Assembly (NCBI GenBank): GCA_018062815.1
Contig: JAGORM010000003.1
Location: 5,378 to 69,377 of the forward strand
Origin: Candidatus Levyibacteriota bacterium
GTDB taxonomy: Bacteria; Patescibacteriota; Microgenomatia; Levybacterales; GWA1-39-11
DNA length: 64,000 nt
Direction: 5' to 3'
Shown one piece after another: positions 37,178-46,471 of the stretch. How positions within the stretch are numbered: position 1 is the first letter of the stretch; each line of letters starts with the position of its first letter. Position numbers and translations under genes: made by a program. The notes under the pieces were generated by a model that made no database searches, was not told the DNA's origin, and saw only the letters and a program-made list of their open reading frames with translations.

Positions 37178-38965
37178 GTGTGCTACAATATGGGCGTGGA
37201 TGATGTTGCAAAAGTAAAACAAAAAACGGACATAGTGGAACTAGTTGAATCCTACATTCCTCTTAAAAAGGCAGGACGTAATTTTAAAACTCCTTGTCCT
37301 TTTCACAATGAAAAGTCTCCATCTTTTGTCGTATCTCCAGACCGGCAGATTTGGCATTGTTTTGGGTGCAACAAGGGTGGGGATGTGTTCACGTTTGTAG
37401 AGGAATATGAGAAGACTAATTTTGCGGATGCTTTAAAGTTTTTAGCGCAGAAAGCAGGTATTAAGCTTACAACCTCAGCTGCCCGCTCTGAAGTTGAACG
37501 GAAACGCGATTTATTGTATTCCTTAAATCTTTTAGCAGCCCAATACTATGAATATATTTTATTTTCTCATTCCGTAGGGAAACAAGCGTTACTGTATGTG
37601 ACACAAGAAAGACACCAGAAAGAGGCACTTCTTAAAACTTTTCAGGTTGGATACGCGCCAAATACAGGGGATTCACTGAGCAAATTTCTTTTAAGTAAAA
37701 AAAAGTATCAACCTCAAGATTTGGTAGACGCAGGGCTTTCCTTTAGACAGGGTGCTCGTCTTGTAGATTTTTTTAGACACAGAATTATGTTTCCAATAAC
37801 TGATCCCAGGGGGAATATTATCGCTTTTTCAGGGCGTGCGTTATCCTCTGATCAAATGCCAAAATACGTAAACACAAAAGAAACAATGCTGTATAAAAAG
37901 GGAGAAACTGTTTTTGGATTGAATTTAGCCCGCGACGAAATAAAAAAACAGGGTAGCGTTATTATAATGGAAGGAGAGTTTGATGTTATATCAGCTCACA
38001 GAGAAGGAATTGGGAATGTGGTTGCGGTTAAGGGAACTGCTTTAACGCAGGAGCAAATTGATTTGTTGAGGCGCTATTCTCAGAAATTAGTTTTTTGTTT
38101 TGATACTGATCCAGCAGGAACAAGTGCACAAAGAAGGTCTATTCAGATGATAGAAAATGCAGGGATAGTTGCTTCAGTTATTGTGCTTCCGACCGGAAAA
38201 GATCCTGATGAGCTGTTATCTTCAGATCCGATCGCATTCAAGCAGGCGCTAAAGAAAGATGTCCACATATATGACTTTATTATTGATTCCGCAGTTGCGC
38301 AGTCGGATCCACAAAGTGCGGACGGGAAGAGGTCAATACTTGAGAAAACAATTCCTTATCTCTCTGTAATTGACAACCAAGTTATAAAAGAACACTATCT
38401 TAAAAAACTTGCAGTAGCCCTTGATACAAGTTTTGATGCGGTTTTACGTCAGGCAGAAAAAGATAAAGGTGCAAAAGTTGCAAAAACTCTTCCCACTGAG
38501 CTTAAGAAAAAAACACGCGAAGAGGCGATTTCCGTATATTTATTTGCATTAATTTTGCAATCTCCCCATATGCTTGAGGCCATAAGAACCGTAGACTCAA
38601 TTATTTCAGATGTTCCATGGATAATGCCTGTTTATCTTAAACTTTTTATGCGGCTTAAAACTCAATCTGAAAAAGGTGAAGTATTTGAGCCACTAGACTT
38701 TTCAAAGAATCTTCCATCTGAGCTTACAGAGGCGTACGACACAGCATATTTGTTTCCGGTTCAGGAATTTTCAGAAAAAGACTTTATGTACGAGCTTAAG
38801 AAGACAGCCACGGAAGAAAAGAATTTAGCGATAAAAAAGCGCATAACACAGATTGCTTACGAATTGGTTGAGGCGGAGCGCGTAAAAGATACAAAAAAGG
38901 TAGATACCCTTCAAAGTGAGGTAGCGCTTTTAACTGGAAAAATTCAGGAAAACGGTACAGCTTGA
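37178..38965 (+). CDS. dnaG: DNA primase
   Basis: CHC2 zinc finger 'CPFHNEKSPSFVVSPDRQIWHCFGCNKGGDVFTFV', Toprim 'IIMEGEFDVISA', 'CFDTDPAG'. Confidence 0.9.
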   Translation: MCYNMGVDDVAKVKQKTDIVELVESYIPLKKAGRNFKTPCPFHNEKSPSFVVSPDRQIWHCFGCNKGGDVFTFVEEYEKTNFADALKFLAQKAGIKLTTSAARSEVERKRDLLYSLNLLAAQYYEYILFSHSVGKQALLYVTQERHQKEALLKTFQVGYAPNTGDSLSKFLLSKKKYQPQDLVDAGLSFRQGARLVDFFRHRIMFPITDPRGNIIAFSGRALSSDQMPKYVNTKETMLYKKGETVFGLNLARDEIKKQGSVIIMEGEFDVISAHREGIGNVVAVKGTALTQEQIDLLRRYSQKLVFCFDTDPAGTSAQRRSIQMIENAGIVASVIVLPTGKDPDELLSSDPIAFKQALKKDVHIYDFIIDSAVAQSDPQSADGKRSILEKTIPYLSVIDNQVIKEHYLKKLAVALDTSFDAVLRQAEKDKGAKVAKTLPTELKKKTREEAISVYLFALILQSPHMLEAIRTVDSIISDVPWIMPVYLKLFMRLKTQSEKGEVFEPLDFSKNLPSELTEAYDTAYLFPVQEFSEKDFMYELKKTATEEKNLAIKKRITQIAYELVEAERVKDTKKVDTLQSEVALLTGKIQENGTA

Positions 38966-39007
38966 CTGCAGGACTACAAAAGAGTACAATCATTTTACTT
39001 CCCAAAA

Positions 39008-39036
39008 GCCCCATAAAGAGTGGGGTTTTTGGTATT
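39008..39036 (+). terminator. intrinsic terminator after dnaG
   Basis: Hairpin GCCCCA-UAAAGAG-UGGGGU followed by UUUUUGGUAUUUUU. A TATAAT hexamer (39043-39048) lies immediately before the rpoD ATG. Confidence 0.6.
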
Positions 39037-39049
39037 TTTGCGTATAATT

Positions 39050-40144
39050 ATGACAGCTAAAGTAAACCCTACAAAAAGTGATAGAGTTACAACGCTTCTT
39101 GCAACAGCTAAGAAAAGAGGATATATCTCTCAGGATGAAATACTTCTTGCATTCCCAAAGCCTGAGGAGCATGTATTGGAGCTAGATTATTTATATGATC
39201 AGCTTTTAAAAAAGAGTATAGATATTTTTGAAACTGTTGAGGAGGAAAAGGAAAACCAGAAATCAATAGAAGACTTAGAGAGGGAATTAGAGGCGCTAAA
39301 TATAATTCAGGGCGGAGCAGTTACTGACCCTGTACGCATGTACTTAAAGGAAATTGGAAGAATTCCACTCCTTACTTTTGAGCAAGAAGTTGATCTTGCA
39401 AAACGATTTGAAAAAGGTGATCCTAAAGCGCGAAAAAAGCTTGTTGAATCAAATTTAAGGCTTGTTGTTTCTATCGCAAAAAAGTATGTAGGACGGGGTA
39501 TGACACTTTTGGATCTTATCCAGGAAGGGAATCAAGGACTTATCCGCGCAGTTGAGAAATATGACTGGAAAAAAGGATTTAAGTTTTCTACCTATGCTAC
39601 CTGGTGGATTAGACAGGCTATAACCCGCGCAATAGCTGATCAGGCAAGAACAATTCGCATTCCGGTTCATATGGTTGAAAATATAAACCGTTTTATGCGA
39701 GTGCAAAGAAAACTCATGCAAGAGTTGGGTCGTCAACCTACCCCTGAGGAAATATCAGAAATATTAGAAATAGACCCAGACAAGGCGCGGGAAATTATAA
39801 AAATTTCACAGCAGCCAGCGTCCCTGGATACTCCGGTGGGAGACGAGGAAGATTCATACCTTGGAGATTTCATCTATGATATTACAGCTCCAACACTATT
39901 TGATACAGCATCCCGCGGTCTTCTCAAAGAACAACTAGGAACAGTTTTGGGAACATTATCTGATCGTGAAAGACGCGTGCTTGAGGAAAGGTTTGGCTTG
40001 CGAGACGGAAAGCCAAAGACATTGGAAGAAGTGGGGCGAATGTTTGCGGTTACCCGTGAGCGCATTCGTCAGATTGAAGCTAAGGCACTCCGAAAATTAA
40101 GACATCCATCCCGGGGTAATAAACTTAAGGATTACTTAGAGTAA
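39050..40144 (+). CDS. rpoD: RNA polymerase sigma-70 (primary sigma factor, compact)
   Basis: Region 2.4 '[27 protein letters not shown]', region 4 '[30 protein letters not shown]'. dnaG-rpoD gene order. Confidence 0.9.
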   Translation: MTAKVNPTKSDRVTTLLATAKKRGYISQDEILLAFPKPEEHVLELDYLYDQLLKKSIDIFETVEEEKENQKSIEDLERELEALNIIQGGAVTDPVRMYLKEIGRIPLLTFEQEVDLAKRFEKGDPKARKKLVESNLRLVVSIAKKYVGRGMTLLDLIQEGNQGLIRAVEKYDWKKGFKFSTYATWWIRQAITRAIADQARTIRIPVHMVENINRFMRVQRKLMQELGRQPTPEEISEILEIDPDKAREIIKISQQPASLDTPVGDEEDSYLGDFIYDITAPTLFDTASRGLLKEQLGTVLGTLSDRERRVLEERFGLRDGKPKTLEEVGRMFAVTRERIRQIEAKALRKLRHPSRGNKLKDYLE

Positions 40145-40261
40145 GACTTAAGTTTGCGAACCTCGCTGCTGCTTCGGCTCTAAAGCTCAAAGATTATTTA
40201 GAATAAATTTTAATTTTCGTTAGCCTGCAATTATTCAGTTTCAAAATCAGTAACTACCTAG

Positions 40262-40621
40262 TTATTTTTTATTATTTTGAAGCACTCTCAATTTTATAAG
40301 TTTTACAATTAATTCAATCGGCAGTGGTTTTTCAAGCGAAAACTGTAATGTTCCTTTTCCGGTTGCGTATGGTTTTAAATCTTCCTTAAGTGCCTCTATG
40401 GCGTTAGGAGTAGGATAGAGACTGATATGATCTTTCCATGCAGCAAAATAGATGAGCGGCTTTTTATTGAGCTTGTAGGACGGCATTTTGTAAGACATAT
40501 CCTCAGTTGCTTCCGGCACAATATCCAGGATAAGTTTTCGAAGTTTTTTAAGCATCATTTGTATATCCTTTGGGAATGAGTCAATATATGAGTCAACTGA
40601 CTGAAATGTTTGCATTATCAT
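40262..40621 (-). CDS. DUF1801 (YdhG-like) family protein
   Basis: 'SYIDSFPKDIQMMLKKLRKLI...MPSYKLNKKPLIYFAAWKDHISLYP'. Confidence 0.6.
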   Translation of the reverse strand: MIMQTFQSVDSYIDSFPKDIQMMLKKLRKLILDIVPEATEDMSYKMPSYKLNKKPLIYFAAWKDHISLYPTPNAIEALKEDLKPYATGKGTLQFSLEKPLPIELIVKLIKLRVLQNNKK

Positions 40622-40624
40622 GTT

Positions 40625-41038
40625 CTATAGTGCTTCTGTGTATTTCTTGAAGTTGTTAAGAATTGCCTGCCACCCTGCGCGCTGCATTTCTTCAGGATTT
40701 TCCTGTTCAGGATCAAATGTCTGGATAATTTTAACGCCTTTCGGAGTTTGCTCGAATGCAATTTTCACCGTTCTCCCATCATCCATGGCGTATTCGATAA
40801 GCTTATGTTCTTCAATATTTGTATATACGCCTTCAAAATCAAACCCTTCACCGCTTTTTTTGTCAAACATGTGAGTTTTAAATTTCCCACCGGTTTTAAG
40901 GTCATTTTCAACATCTTTAGCACCCCAAGAATCATCAGCAAAAGCCCAGTGGGGAATATGTTGTGGGTTATTCCAAGCATCCCAAACGGTTTTAAGAGGA
41001 GCATTTACTGTGACTTCTACGGTAATTGGAGTATTCAT
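40625..41038 (-). CDS. SRPBCC-superfamily protein (AHSA1/START-like)
   Basis: 137 aa, 'VTVNAPLKTVWDAWNNPQHIPHW'. Confidence 0.6.
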   Translation of the reverse strand: MNTPITVEVTVNAPLKTVWDAWNNPQHIPHWAFADDSWGAKDVENDLKTGGKFKTHMFDKKSGEGFDFEGVYTNIEEHKLIEYAMDDGRTVKIAFEQTPKGVKIIQTFDPEQENPEEMQRAGWQAILNNFKKYTEAL

Positions 41039-41040
41039 TC

Positions 41041-41421
41041 TCAGCCTTCAACTTCTACTGTGAATCCGCCAACTGACATGCGATTTGTCTCAAATGGCAT
41101 TTTAAAATCTGTTACGTCCTGGTACTTTTTACCCATTTCATCCATGACTTTTTTATTAACCTCATCCCGGTGCGCCTTATCTTTATATGTTATAAATGAG
41201 AACCATACAGTGTCATCTGGGCCTGCCTTGGTTAATTCTTTAAAACCCAATGTTTTACCCATTCCTTCGTCTTTTGGTTCCAAATCATCGCCCATGCATT
41301 CAAAATAAGAAAGTGCTCCGTGGCGCGTCCAGGCATCTTTTCCCTCCTGTGCCATCTTTTTATAGTCCTCAACTTTTTCCCTTGGAATAACAATTACAAA
41401 CCCGTCAACGTATTTAGCCAT
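41041..41421 (-). CDS. DUF1428 family protein
   Basis: 'MAKYVDGFVIVIPREKVEDYKKMAQEGKDAWTRHGALSYFEC'. Internal start 41421 chosen to avoid overlap. Confidence 0.55.
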   Translation of the reverse strand: MAKYVDGFVIVIPREKVEDYKKMAQEGKDAWTRHGALSYFECMGDDLEPKDEGMGKTLGFKELTKAGPDDTVWFSFITYKDKAHRDEVNKKVMDEMGKKYQDVTDFKMPFETNRMSVGGFTVEVEG

Positions 41422-41920
41422 TGTTGTATGCCTCCTCAATTTTTGCAATATTAAGCCGTTTCATGGGCATGAAAGCCTCAGTCACTTTTTTTCGTTGCTC
41501 GTCAGTTCCTTCTTTTAAGAATTTATTAAGAATTTTTGGCACTATTTGCCAAGAAACCCCGTATTTGTCAGTTATCCAACCGCATTGTTCAGCTTCAGGA
41601 ACTACAGACAATTTGTTGTAATAATAATCCAGTTCTTCCTGAGTTTCACATTCTACTGAAAATGAAACAGCAGGTGTAAAGGAAAATTCTGGACCGGCGT
41701 TTATAGCAACAAATTTGGTGCCGAGTATTTCAAATTCTATGGTTACAATTTCCCCTTTTTGGTGTCCGGTTACCTCAGGCATCACCTCAGTGTAATAATC
41801 AGTATCTGTGATTTTTGAATCGCCATCATTACGGGAAAAAACTGAAAGGTAAAAGTCTATTGCTTCTTTTGCGTTTCCATTAAACCAAAGATTGGGGATG
41901 ACTTGTTGTGTTGTGTTCAT
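41414..41920 (-). CDS. VOC-superfamily protein (PhnB-like, 3-demethylubiquinone-9 3-methyltransferase domain)
   Basis: 'IPNLWFNGNAKEAIDFYLSVF...GWITDKYGVSWQI'. Confidence 0.6.
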   Translation of the reverse strand: MNTTQQVIPNLWFNGNAKEAIDFYLSVFSRNDGDSKITDTDYYTEVMPEVTGHQKGEIVTIEFEILGTKFVAINAGPEFSFTPAVSFSVECETQEELDYYYNKLSVVPEAEQCGWITDKYGVSWQIVPKILNKFLKEGTDEQRKKVTEAFMPMKRLNIAKIEEAYNNG

Positions 41921-41926
41921 GTGTAT

Positions 41927-42325
41927 TTATTTTTGGGGGGGTTGTAACATCCCAACGTGGTTTCCCTCAGTATCAGTAAAGCTGACATAGGTTCCAATTC
42001 CCGGAATTGGCATTTTATCGCTAGTTATAGTGCCTCCTGCATTTTTTACAGCTTCAATATTTTCGTCAATATTTTCTACCTGAATAACCACATGTGGCAC
42101 ATTCATTCCTGGTTTATCTTCATAGGTAAAAAATCCACCATTTATTTCCCCAGGTTTTTGAGTCATCTGGTTTTCATCAGTTGGAGTAGTGCCGGCAAGA
42201 AGATAATTACTCATTTCAGCTCCTAGCTGATTCATTTGCCAACCAAATGCTTCAGTATAAAACTGGGAAACGCGCTTGTTATCCTTTGCGGGCATTTCAA
42301 AATGTACTACAGGTGACTGTTTCAT
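41927..42325 (-). CDS. VOC-family protein (glyoxalase/bleomycin-resistance-like)
   Basis: 'VVHFEMPAKDNKRVSQFYTEAFGWQ...SFTDTEGNHVGMLQ'. Confidence 0.6.
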   Translation of the reverse strand: MKQSPVVHFEMPAKDNKRVSQFYTEAFGWQMNQLGAEMSNYLLAGTTPTDENQMTQKPGEINGGFFTYEDKPGMNVPHVVIQVENIDENIEAVKNAGGTITSDKMPIPGIGTYVSFTDTEGNHVGMLQPPQK

Positions 42326-42333
42326 TTTTTTAT

Positions 42334-42705
42334 TTAATTAGCTTGTTTTACTTCTTCCCATGGTGTCATGAGTTGAAAATAATTTCCGTCAGGGTCTGCG
42401 AGTGTTGCAATCCATGCTCCTCCCATATCATACGGTTCTTTTATAACTGTTGCTCCTAGAGACTTTATCCGCTCAAATTCTTCTTTTACCTCTGTGGTTT
42501 CATAGTTCATAATTATTCTTTGAGGCTCTTGTGCCTCTCCGTGTATTTCAGAGTGAGCACCAATAGTTAAAAATCCTTTACCAATTTGCCATCCATGCCA
42601 ATCTCCATCAATCATATCAGCAGTCCTATCAAAAACTTTTTTGTAGAAGTCTGCCATTTCTTTCACTTTTGAGGTGCCTATCATTATTGAATTTAAATTT
42701 AACAT
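42334..42705 (-). CDS. VOC-family protein (glyoxalase-like)
   Basis: 'FYKKVF...LADPDGNYFQLMTP'. Confidence 0.55.
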   Translation of the reverse strand: MLNLNSIMIGTSKVKEMADFYKKVFDRTADMIDGDWHGWQIGKGFLTIGAHSEIHGEAQEPQRIIMNYETTEVKEEFERIKSLGATVIKEPYDMGGAWIATLADPDGNYFQLMTPWEEVKQAN

Positions 42706-42753
42706 ACTGTTAGTATAACGTGGAAAAACATAATTTCAAGAGCTAGAACAGTA

Positions 42754-44232
42754 TTAAATTTTACCTACTTCATCAAGCAGCTCGTCAGACCAACTGAGTA
42801 CTTTATTTTCAGGTAATAGTATAGCTCGGTCGGGTTTTAATTCCTTAATAAAATCCTCAGTATGACTTACTATTAGAATTGCTCCCGTATATTTCTTTAA
42901 TGCCTCTAAAATTATTCTTTGAGACATGACATCCAGGTAAGTTGTAGGTTCATCCAACACCAACAAGTTATAGTTTTCAAGGAGTAATGTAGCAATTGAG
43001 AGTCTTGTTTTTTCTCCTCCAGATAGTGATCCTATGGTCTGGAATGGTTTTGTACCGTTAAACAGGAATGCAGCTAAGAATGCTCTAATCTTTTCATGCG
43101 CCATGGCTCCCCGTTCCGCGATTAATTCTATAAGTGTTTGGTTGAAATCAAAAGTTTCAAATTCTTGTGAATAGTATCCTACTTTTAATTTTTCATTCCT
43201 AACTACATCACCAGAGTCCGGGGTAAGAGTGCCCATGATAATTTTAATTAAGGTGCTTTTACCCGCGCCGTTTGGCCCAATAAGCGCAATCCGTTCACCC
43301 CTATTTACTACAAGGGATAGATGTTCAAAAATAAGCTTTCCCTGAAAACTCTTTTTTATATCCAGCACTTTTATGGGTGTGTCAGAAAGGGGTTGAGGTG
43401 TAGGCAGTGCTATCTGGATTCGCTTAGCCTCTTTAGGAAGTGGAGGCAGAGATTCTTTTATTCTTTCTATCCTTTTTTGAAGTTGAACACGCTGTCTTAC
43501 TCCTTTTTCCGATTTCCTACCCATTAGCCCTACAAGACTTTTTTCCATTCTTTTTACATGCTTTGTTTCATTTGTAATCTGTCTTATGAGCAGTGCATCA
43601 TGTTGTGCCTTTAATTTTATGTATTGGCTATAATTTCCTTTATATTCTTCAATTTTTGAACTTTCCGGATTGATTACTATTACTTTGTCTATGGATTTAT
43701 CCAGTAGCTCTAAATCATGTGAAACCAGAATTAGAGTTTTTGGGTATGTGCTTAGAAAATTCATTACCCATAATTTTCCTTTTGTATCTAAAAAGTTGGT
43801 AGGCTCATCTAGGAGAAGGATATCAGGTGTGTGGAGGAGTGCGCGTGCAATTGCCAGCTTTGTTTTCTGCCCACCACTTAGTCCGTGTGCTGATTCGTAT
43901 AGCTCAATTTCAGAAAGTTCCAGACCGCGTAGCATTTCCAGAATATCACGGTCATCATGTATATAGTGTTCGTCTAAATATTCGCGTGCTGTTTGAGATT
44001 TTTCCAAAATTGGATCTCTTTTTACTTCTTGAGGAACCAATACGACTGATCCCTCTACCTCTACATTTCCCTCATGCGGTAGTTCTTGTCTAGTCAGAAG
44101 ATTAAAAAGGGTACTTTTACCCGCGCCGTTTGGTCCTGCTAATCCTACTTTTTGACCAACGCCTACTGTAAAGTTGATTTCCTTAAAGATGGGACGCAGA
44201 TGATTAAATGAAACGTTTTTGACTTGAATCAT
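42754..44232 (-). CDS. ABC-F family ATPase (two NBDs, no TMD; translation-factor or ARE-type)
   Basis: Two Walker A sites 'GPNGAGKST', two signatures 'LSGGQKTKLAIARAL' and 'LSGGEKTRLSIATLL', charged inter-domain linker. 492 aa. Confidence 0.85.
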   Translation of the reverse strand: MIQVKNVSFNHLRPIFKEINFTVGVGQKVGLAGPNGAGKSTLFNLLTRQELPHEGNVEVEGSVVLVPQEVKRDPILEKSQTAREYLDEHYIHDDRDILEMLRGLELSEIELYESAHGLSGGQKTKLAIARALLHTPDILLLDEPTNFLDTKGKLWVMNFLSTYPKTLILVSHDLELLDKSIDKVIVINPESSKIEEYKGNYSQYIKLKAQHDALLIRQITNETKHVKRMEKSLVGLMGRKSEKGVRQRVQLQKRIERIKESLPPLPKEAKRIQIALPTPQPLSDTPIKVLDIKKSFQGKLIFEHLSLVVNRGERIALIGPNGAGKSTLIKIIMGTLTPDSGDVVRNEKLKVGYYSQEFETFDFNQTLIELIAERGAMAHEKIRAFLAAFLFNGTKPFQTIGSLSGGEKTRLSIATLLLENYNLLVLDEPTTYLDVMSQRIILEALKKYTGAILIVSHTEDFIKELKPDRAILLPENKVLSWSDELLDEVGKI

Positions 44233-44372
44233 AAGCCTCCATTATGAGGCAAGCTGATCTTGAAGTCAAAGTAGAGTAGTGTGAGATTGTTTTGTGCCCA
44301 GTTTTTTTACCTATGAAACTCTAGATTTCAATACTCCTACATGCTAAAATATCAAGCACTTATAAAAGTGAT

Positions 44373-44444
44373 CCCCTGTAGCTCAATGGTAGAGCAATTC
44401 GCTGTTAACGAAAAGGTTCGAGGTTCGAGTCCTCGCGGGGGAGC
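44373..44444 (+). tRNA. tRNA-Asn(GUU)
   Basis: Hand-folded: acceptor UCCCCUG/CGGGGGA, D arm GCUC-AAUGGUA-GAGC, anticodon loop CUGUUAA (GUU), T arm CGAGG-UUCGAGU-CCUCG, discriminator G, CCA not encoded. Confidence 0.8.
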
Positions 44445-44517
44445 ACAGAGTTTTTAGTTTAAATTTTCCACCAAACCTAGACGAGCCTTAGAACCATTTT
44501 CAGATATAATAAGCATA

Positions 44518-44796
44518 ATGTCATTTCAAGCATATTTAGATAACATTGAGGAAAAAACTGGAAAAACTCCACAACAGTTTATTGATGAAGCAAAAGCAAA
44601 AGGTTTCGACAATAACACAAAGGCTGGGGAAATCCTTGCTTGGTTAAAAGATGAGTATGGGTTAGGTCGAGGACATGGAATGGCATTAGTGTATGTTATT
44701 AGAAATGGACCAAAAATTGGTGATAAAAATGTAAATAGTGGTGGAGTTCATAGTGACGAATCAGATACCCTCGTCCTAACGGGAAAGAAAAAGTAG
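44518..44796 (+). CDS. DUF4287 family protein
   Basis: 'MSFQAYLDNIEEKTGKTPQQFIDEAKAKGF...ILAWLKDEYGLGRGHGMAL'. Confidence 0.55.
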   Translation: MSFQAYLDNIEEKTGKTPQQFIDEAKAKGFDNNTKAGEILAWLKDEYGLGRGHGMALVYVIRNGPKIGDKNVNSGGVHSDESDTLVLTGKKK

Positions 44797-44825
44797 AATC
44801 ATCAGAATTCTTAAATAGGTTCTAG

Positions 44826-44883
44826 TATTTTCTCCTTCTGTAGACCCAGGAATATAGTAGCAGGGAGATCACTATATTTTTAG
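44826..44883 (+). repeat. intergenic repeat element, copy A (core CAGGAATATAGTAGCAGG...AGATCACT plus hairpin and T-run)
   Basis: 18-mer 44847-44864 is identical to 46394-46411, and flanking similarity extends to about 60 nt. Contains inverted repeat ATATAGT/ACTATAT followed by TTTTT. Confidence 0.6.
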
Positions 44884-44960
44884 GTTCAATTTTGTTACAC
44901 CCCGAATCGGACGATCGAACCAATTCAATAATCTTGATTCAATACAGTTTTGTTTTGCGC

Positions 44961-44989
44961 TTGACATATACCCTTAGGGGGTATACTAT
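44961..44989 (+). promoter_or_regulatory. sigma-70-like promoter with embedded CsoR/RcnR-type operator palindrome
   Basis: TTGACA (44961-44966); inverted repeat TATACCC-ttagg-GGGTATA (44967-44985) overlapping a TATACT/TACTAT -10; 7 nt later the ATG of the repressor gene. Confidence 0.55.
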
Positions 44990-44995
44990 ATATTC

Positions 44996-45268
44996 ATGAA
45001 ATCTCATTACGTTGACGTAAAAGAAAAAGCCCAAAAACGTATAAACATAATTAAAGGGCAATTAGACGGCCTCCAGAAAATGATTGAAGCAGATGAGTAC
45101 TGTATGGACCTCCTCAATCAGAGTCTCGCAATTCAGAATTCTTTAAGAAGCCTTGATTCAGTTCTTTTTGAAAGGCATCTAAGAACTCATGTATCCGAAC
45201 AGTTCAAAAGTGAGCAAGATAAAGCAGTGTTAGAATTAGTAACTCTCTTTAAAAGAGTAAATAAGTAA
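44996..45268 (+). CDS. CsoR/RcnR/FrmR-family (DUF156) metal-sensing transcriptional repressor
   Basis: 90 aa. Candidate ligand residues H4, C36 ('EYCMDLL'), H61, H65 ('ERHLRTH') give an H-C-H-H fingerprint (RcnR-like) rather than the x-C-H-C of CsoR. Confidence 0.8.
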   Translation: MKSHYVDVKEKAQKRINIIKGQLDGLQKMIEADEYCMDLLNQSLAIQNSLRSLDSVLFERHLRTHVSEQFKSEQDKAVLELVTLFKRVNK

Positions 45269-45269
45269 T

Positions 45270-45881
45270 ATGAATAATAAAATCTTCTATGCATTAATTG
45301 GATTAGTAATCGGAGTAATTAGCACAATCTTTATTTATCCCTCGATAAGTAAAACTAGTACTACAATGATGAATGAGAAGACTACCCAAGCTTCCGATAC
45401 TCTTGACGCTCATTTTATAGAGCAAATGATTCCTCATCATGAAGATGCAATCGCTATGGCTAAACTTGCGCAAATAAAAGCACAGCGACCTGAAGTAAAG
45501 ACGCTCTCAAACAACATTGTGACATCTCAAGGAAAAGAAATAACACAAATGAAGAATTGGTATAAAGAATGGTTTGGAAGAGTGCTCCCAACCGGAAACA
45601 AGATTATGCAGCATCATGGAATGATGAGCAGTAGTTCTAGTATGCATATGGGAATGATGGGTACTGATCAGGATATGGAGAAATTAAGTAATGCGTCAGA
45701 TTTTGACACCGTGTTCGTAGAAGAGATGATTCCACATCATCAAATGGCTGTAATGATGGCAGGTATGCTTAAAGATGGTACACAGCGACCTGAAATGAAA
45801 AAGCTTGCCGATGAAATCATTAAAGCTCAAACAGCCGAGGTTGAGCAAATGAGGTCATGGCTTACAAAGTGGAATAAATAA
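45270..45881 (+). CDS. DUF305 family protein (metal-associated, secreted/lipoprotein-like)
   Basis: Two copies of the DUF305 His motif: 'HFIEQMIPHHEDAIAMAKLA' and 'FVEEMIPHHQMAVMMA'. N-terminal hydrophobic segment. Starts 2 nt after the repressor stop. Confidence 0.75.
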   Translation: MNNKIFYALIGLVIGVISTIFIYPSISKTSTTMMNEKTTQASDTLDAHFIEQMIPHHEDAIAMAKLAQIKAQRPEVKTLSNNIVTSQGKEITQMKNWYKEWFGRVLPTGNKIMQHHGMMSSSSSMHMGMMGTDQDMEKLSNASDFDTVFVEEMIPHHQMAVMMAGMLKDGTQRPEMKKLADEIIKAQTAEVEQMRSWLTKWNK

Positions 45882-45882
45882 T

Positions 45883-46350
45883 ATGGATCATGCACATCAC
45901 CAAAATCATGATGGTACTAATTTAAGAAAAGTAGCTTTTAGTGCGACGGTCCATTGCTTAACAGGGTGTGCTGTAGGAGAAGTACTCGGAATGGTAATTG
46001 GGAACTATTTTAATATTCACAATATTGCCTCAATAGTCCTCTCTATCGTACTAGCATTTATTTTTGGTTATTTATTTAGTATCATCCCACTTCTAAAACA
46101 CGGTTTATCTCTGACAAAAGCATTGGCTCTAGCATTCGCCGCAGACACTGTTTCCATTACTATTATGGAGATAATGGATAATTTAATTATATTATTAATC
46201 CCTGGTGCAATGGATGCGGGTCTTAATACTGTTCTCTTTTGGGGAAGCTTAGCAGTGTCGCTATTCGTTGCATTCTGGTCTTCCTATCCAGTTAACATGT
46301 ACCTCATCTCAAAAGGAAAAGGTCATGCAGTAGTGCATGGATACCACTAA
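45883..46350 (+). CDS. DUF4396 family membrane protein (putative metal-binding)
   Basis: 'HHQNHDG' plus 'HCLTGCAVGEVLGM' Cys/His motif, then TM helices. Starts 2 nt after DUF305. Confidence 0.6.
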   Translation: MDHAHHQNHDGTNLRKVAFSATVHCLTGCAVGEVLGMVIGNYFNIHNIASIVLSIVLAFIFGYLFSIIPLLKHGLSLTKALALAFAADTVSITIMEIMDNLIILLIPGAMDAGLNTVLFWGSLAVSLFVAFWSSYPVNMYLISKGKGHAVVHGYH

Positions 46351-46370
46351 AAACCTTGATAGTAAATTCT

Positions 46371-46430
46371 GACGTTTTCTTCTTTGGCAAAATCAGGAAT
46401 ATAGTAGCAGGTGGAGTACCACTTTTTAGC
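46371..46430 (+). repeat. intergenic repeat element, copy B
   Basis: Shares the 18-mer CAGGAATATAGTAGCAGG (46394-46411) and flanks with copy A. Followed by hairpin GUGG-AGUA-CCAC plus UUUUU. Confidence 0.6.
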
Positions 46431-46471
46431 CTCGGTTTTAATTTTTTAAGAGCATTTGGTAAAATATCCTA

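Noticed and set aside
39020-39049. GTG start at 39020 extending rpoD by 10 codons
   Set aside because: It would begin inside the dnaG terminator hairpin. ATG 39050 with the adjacent TATAAT is more plausible.
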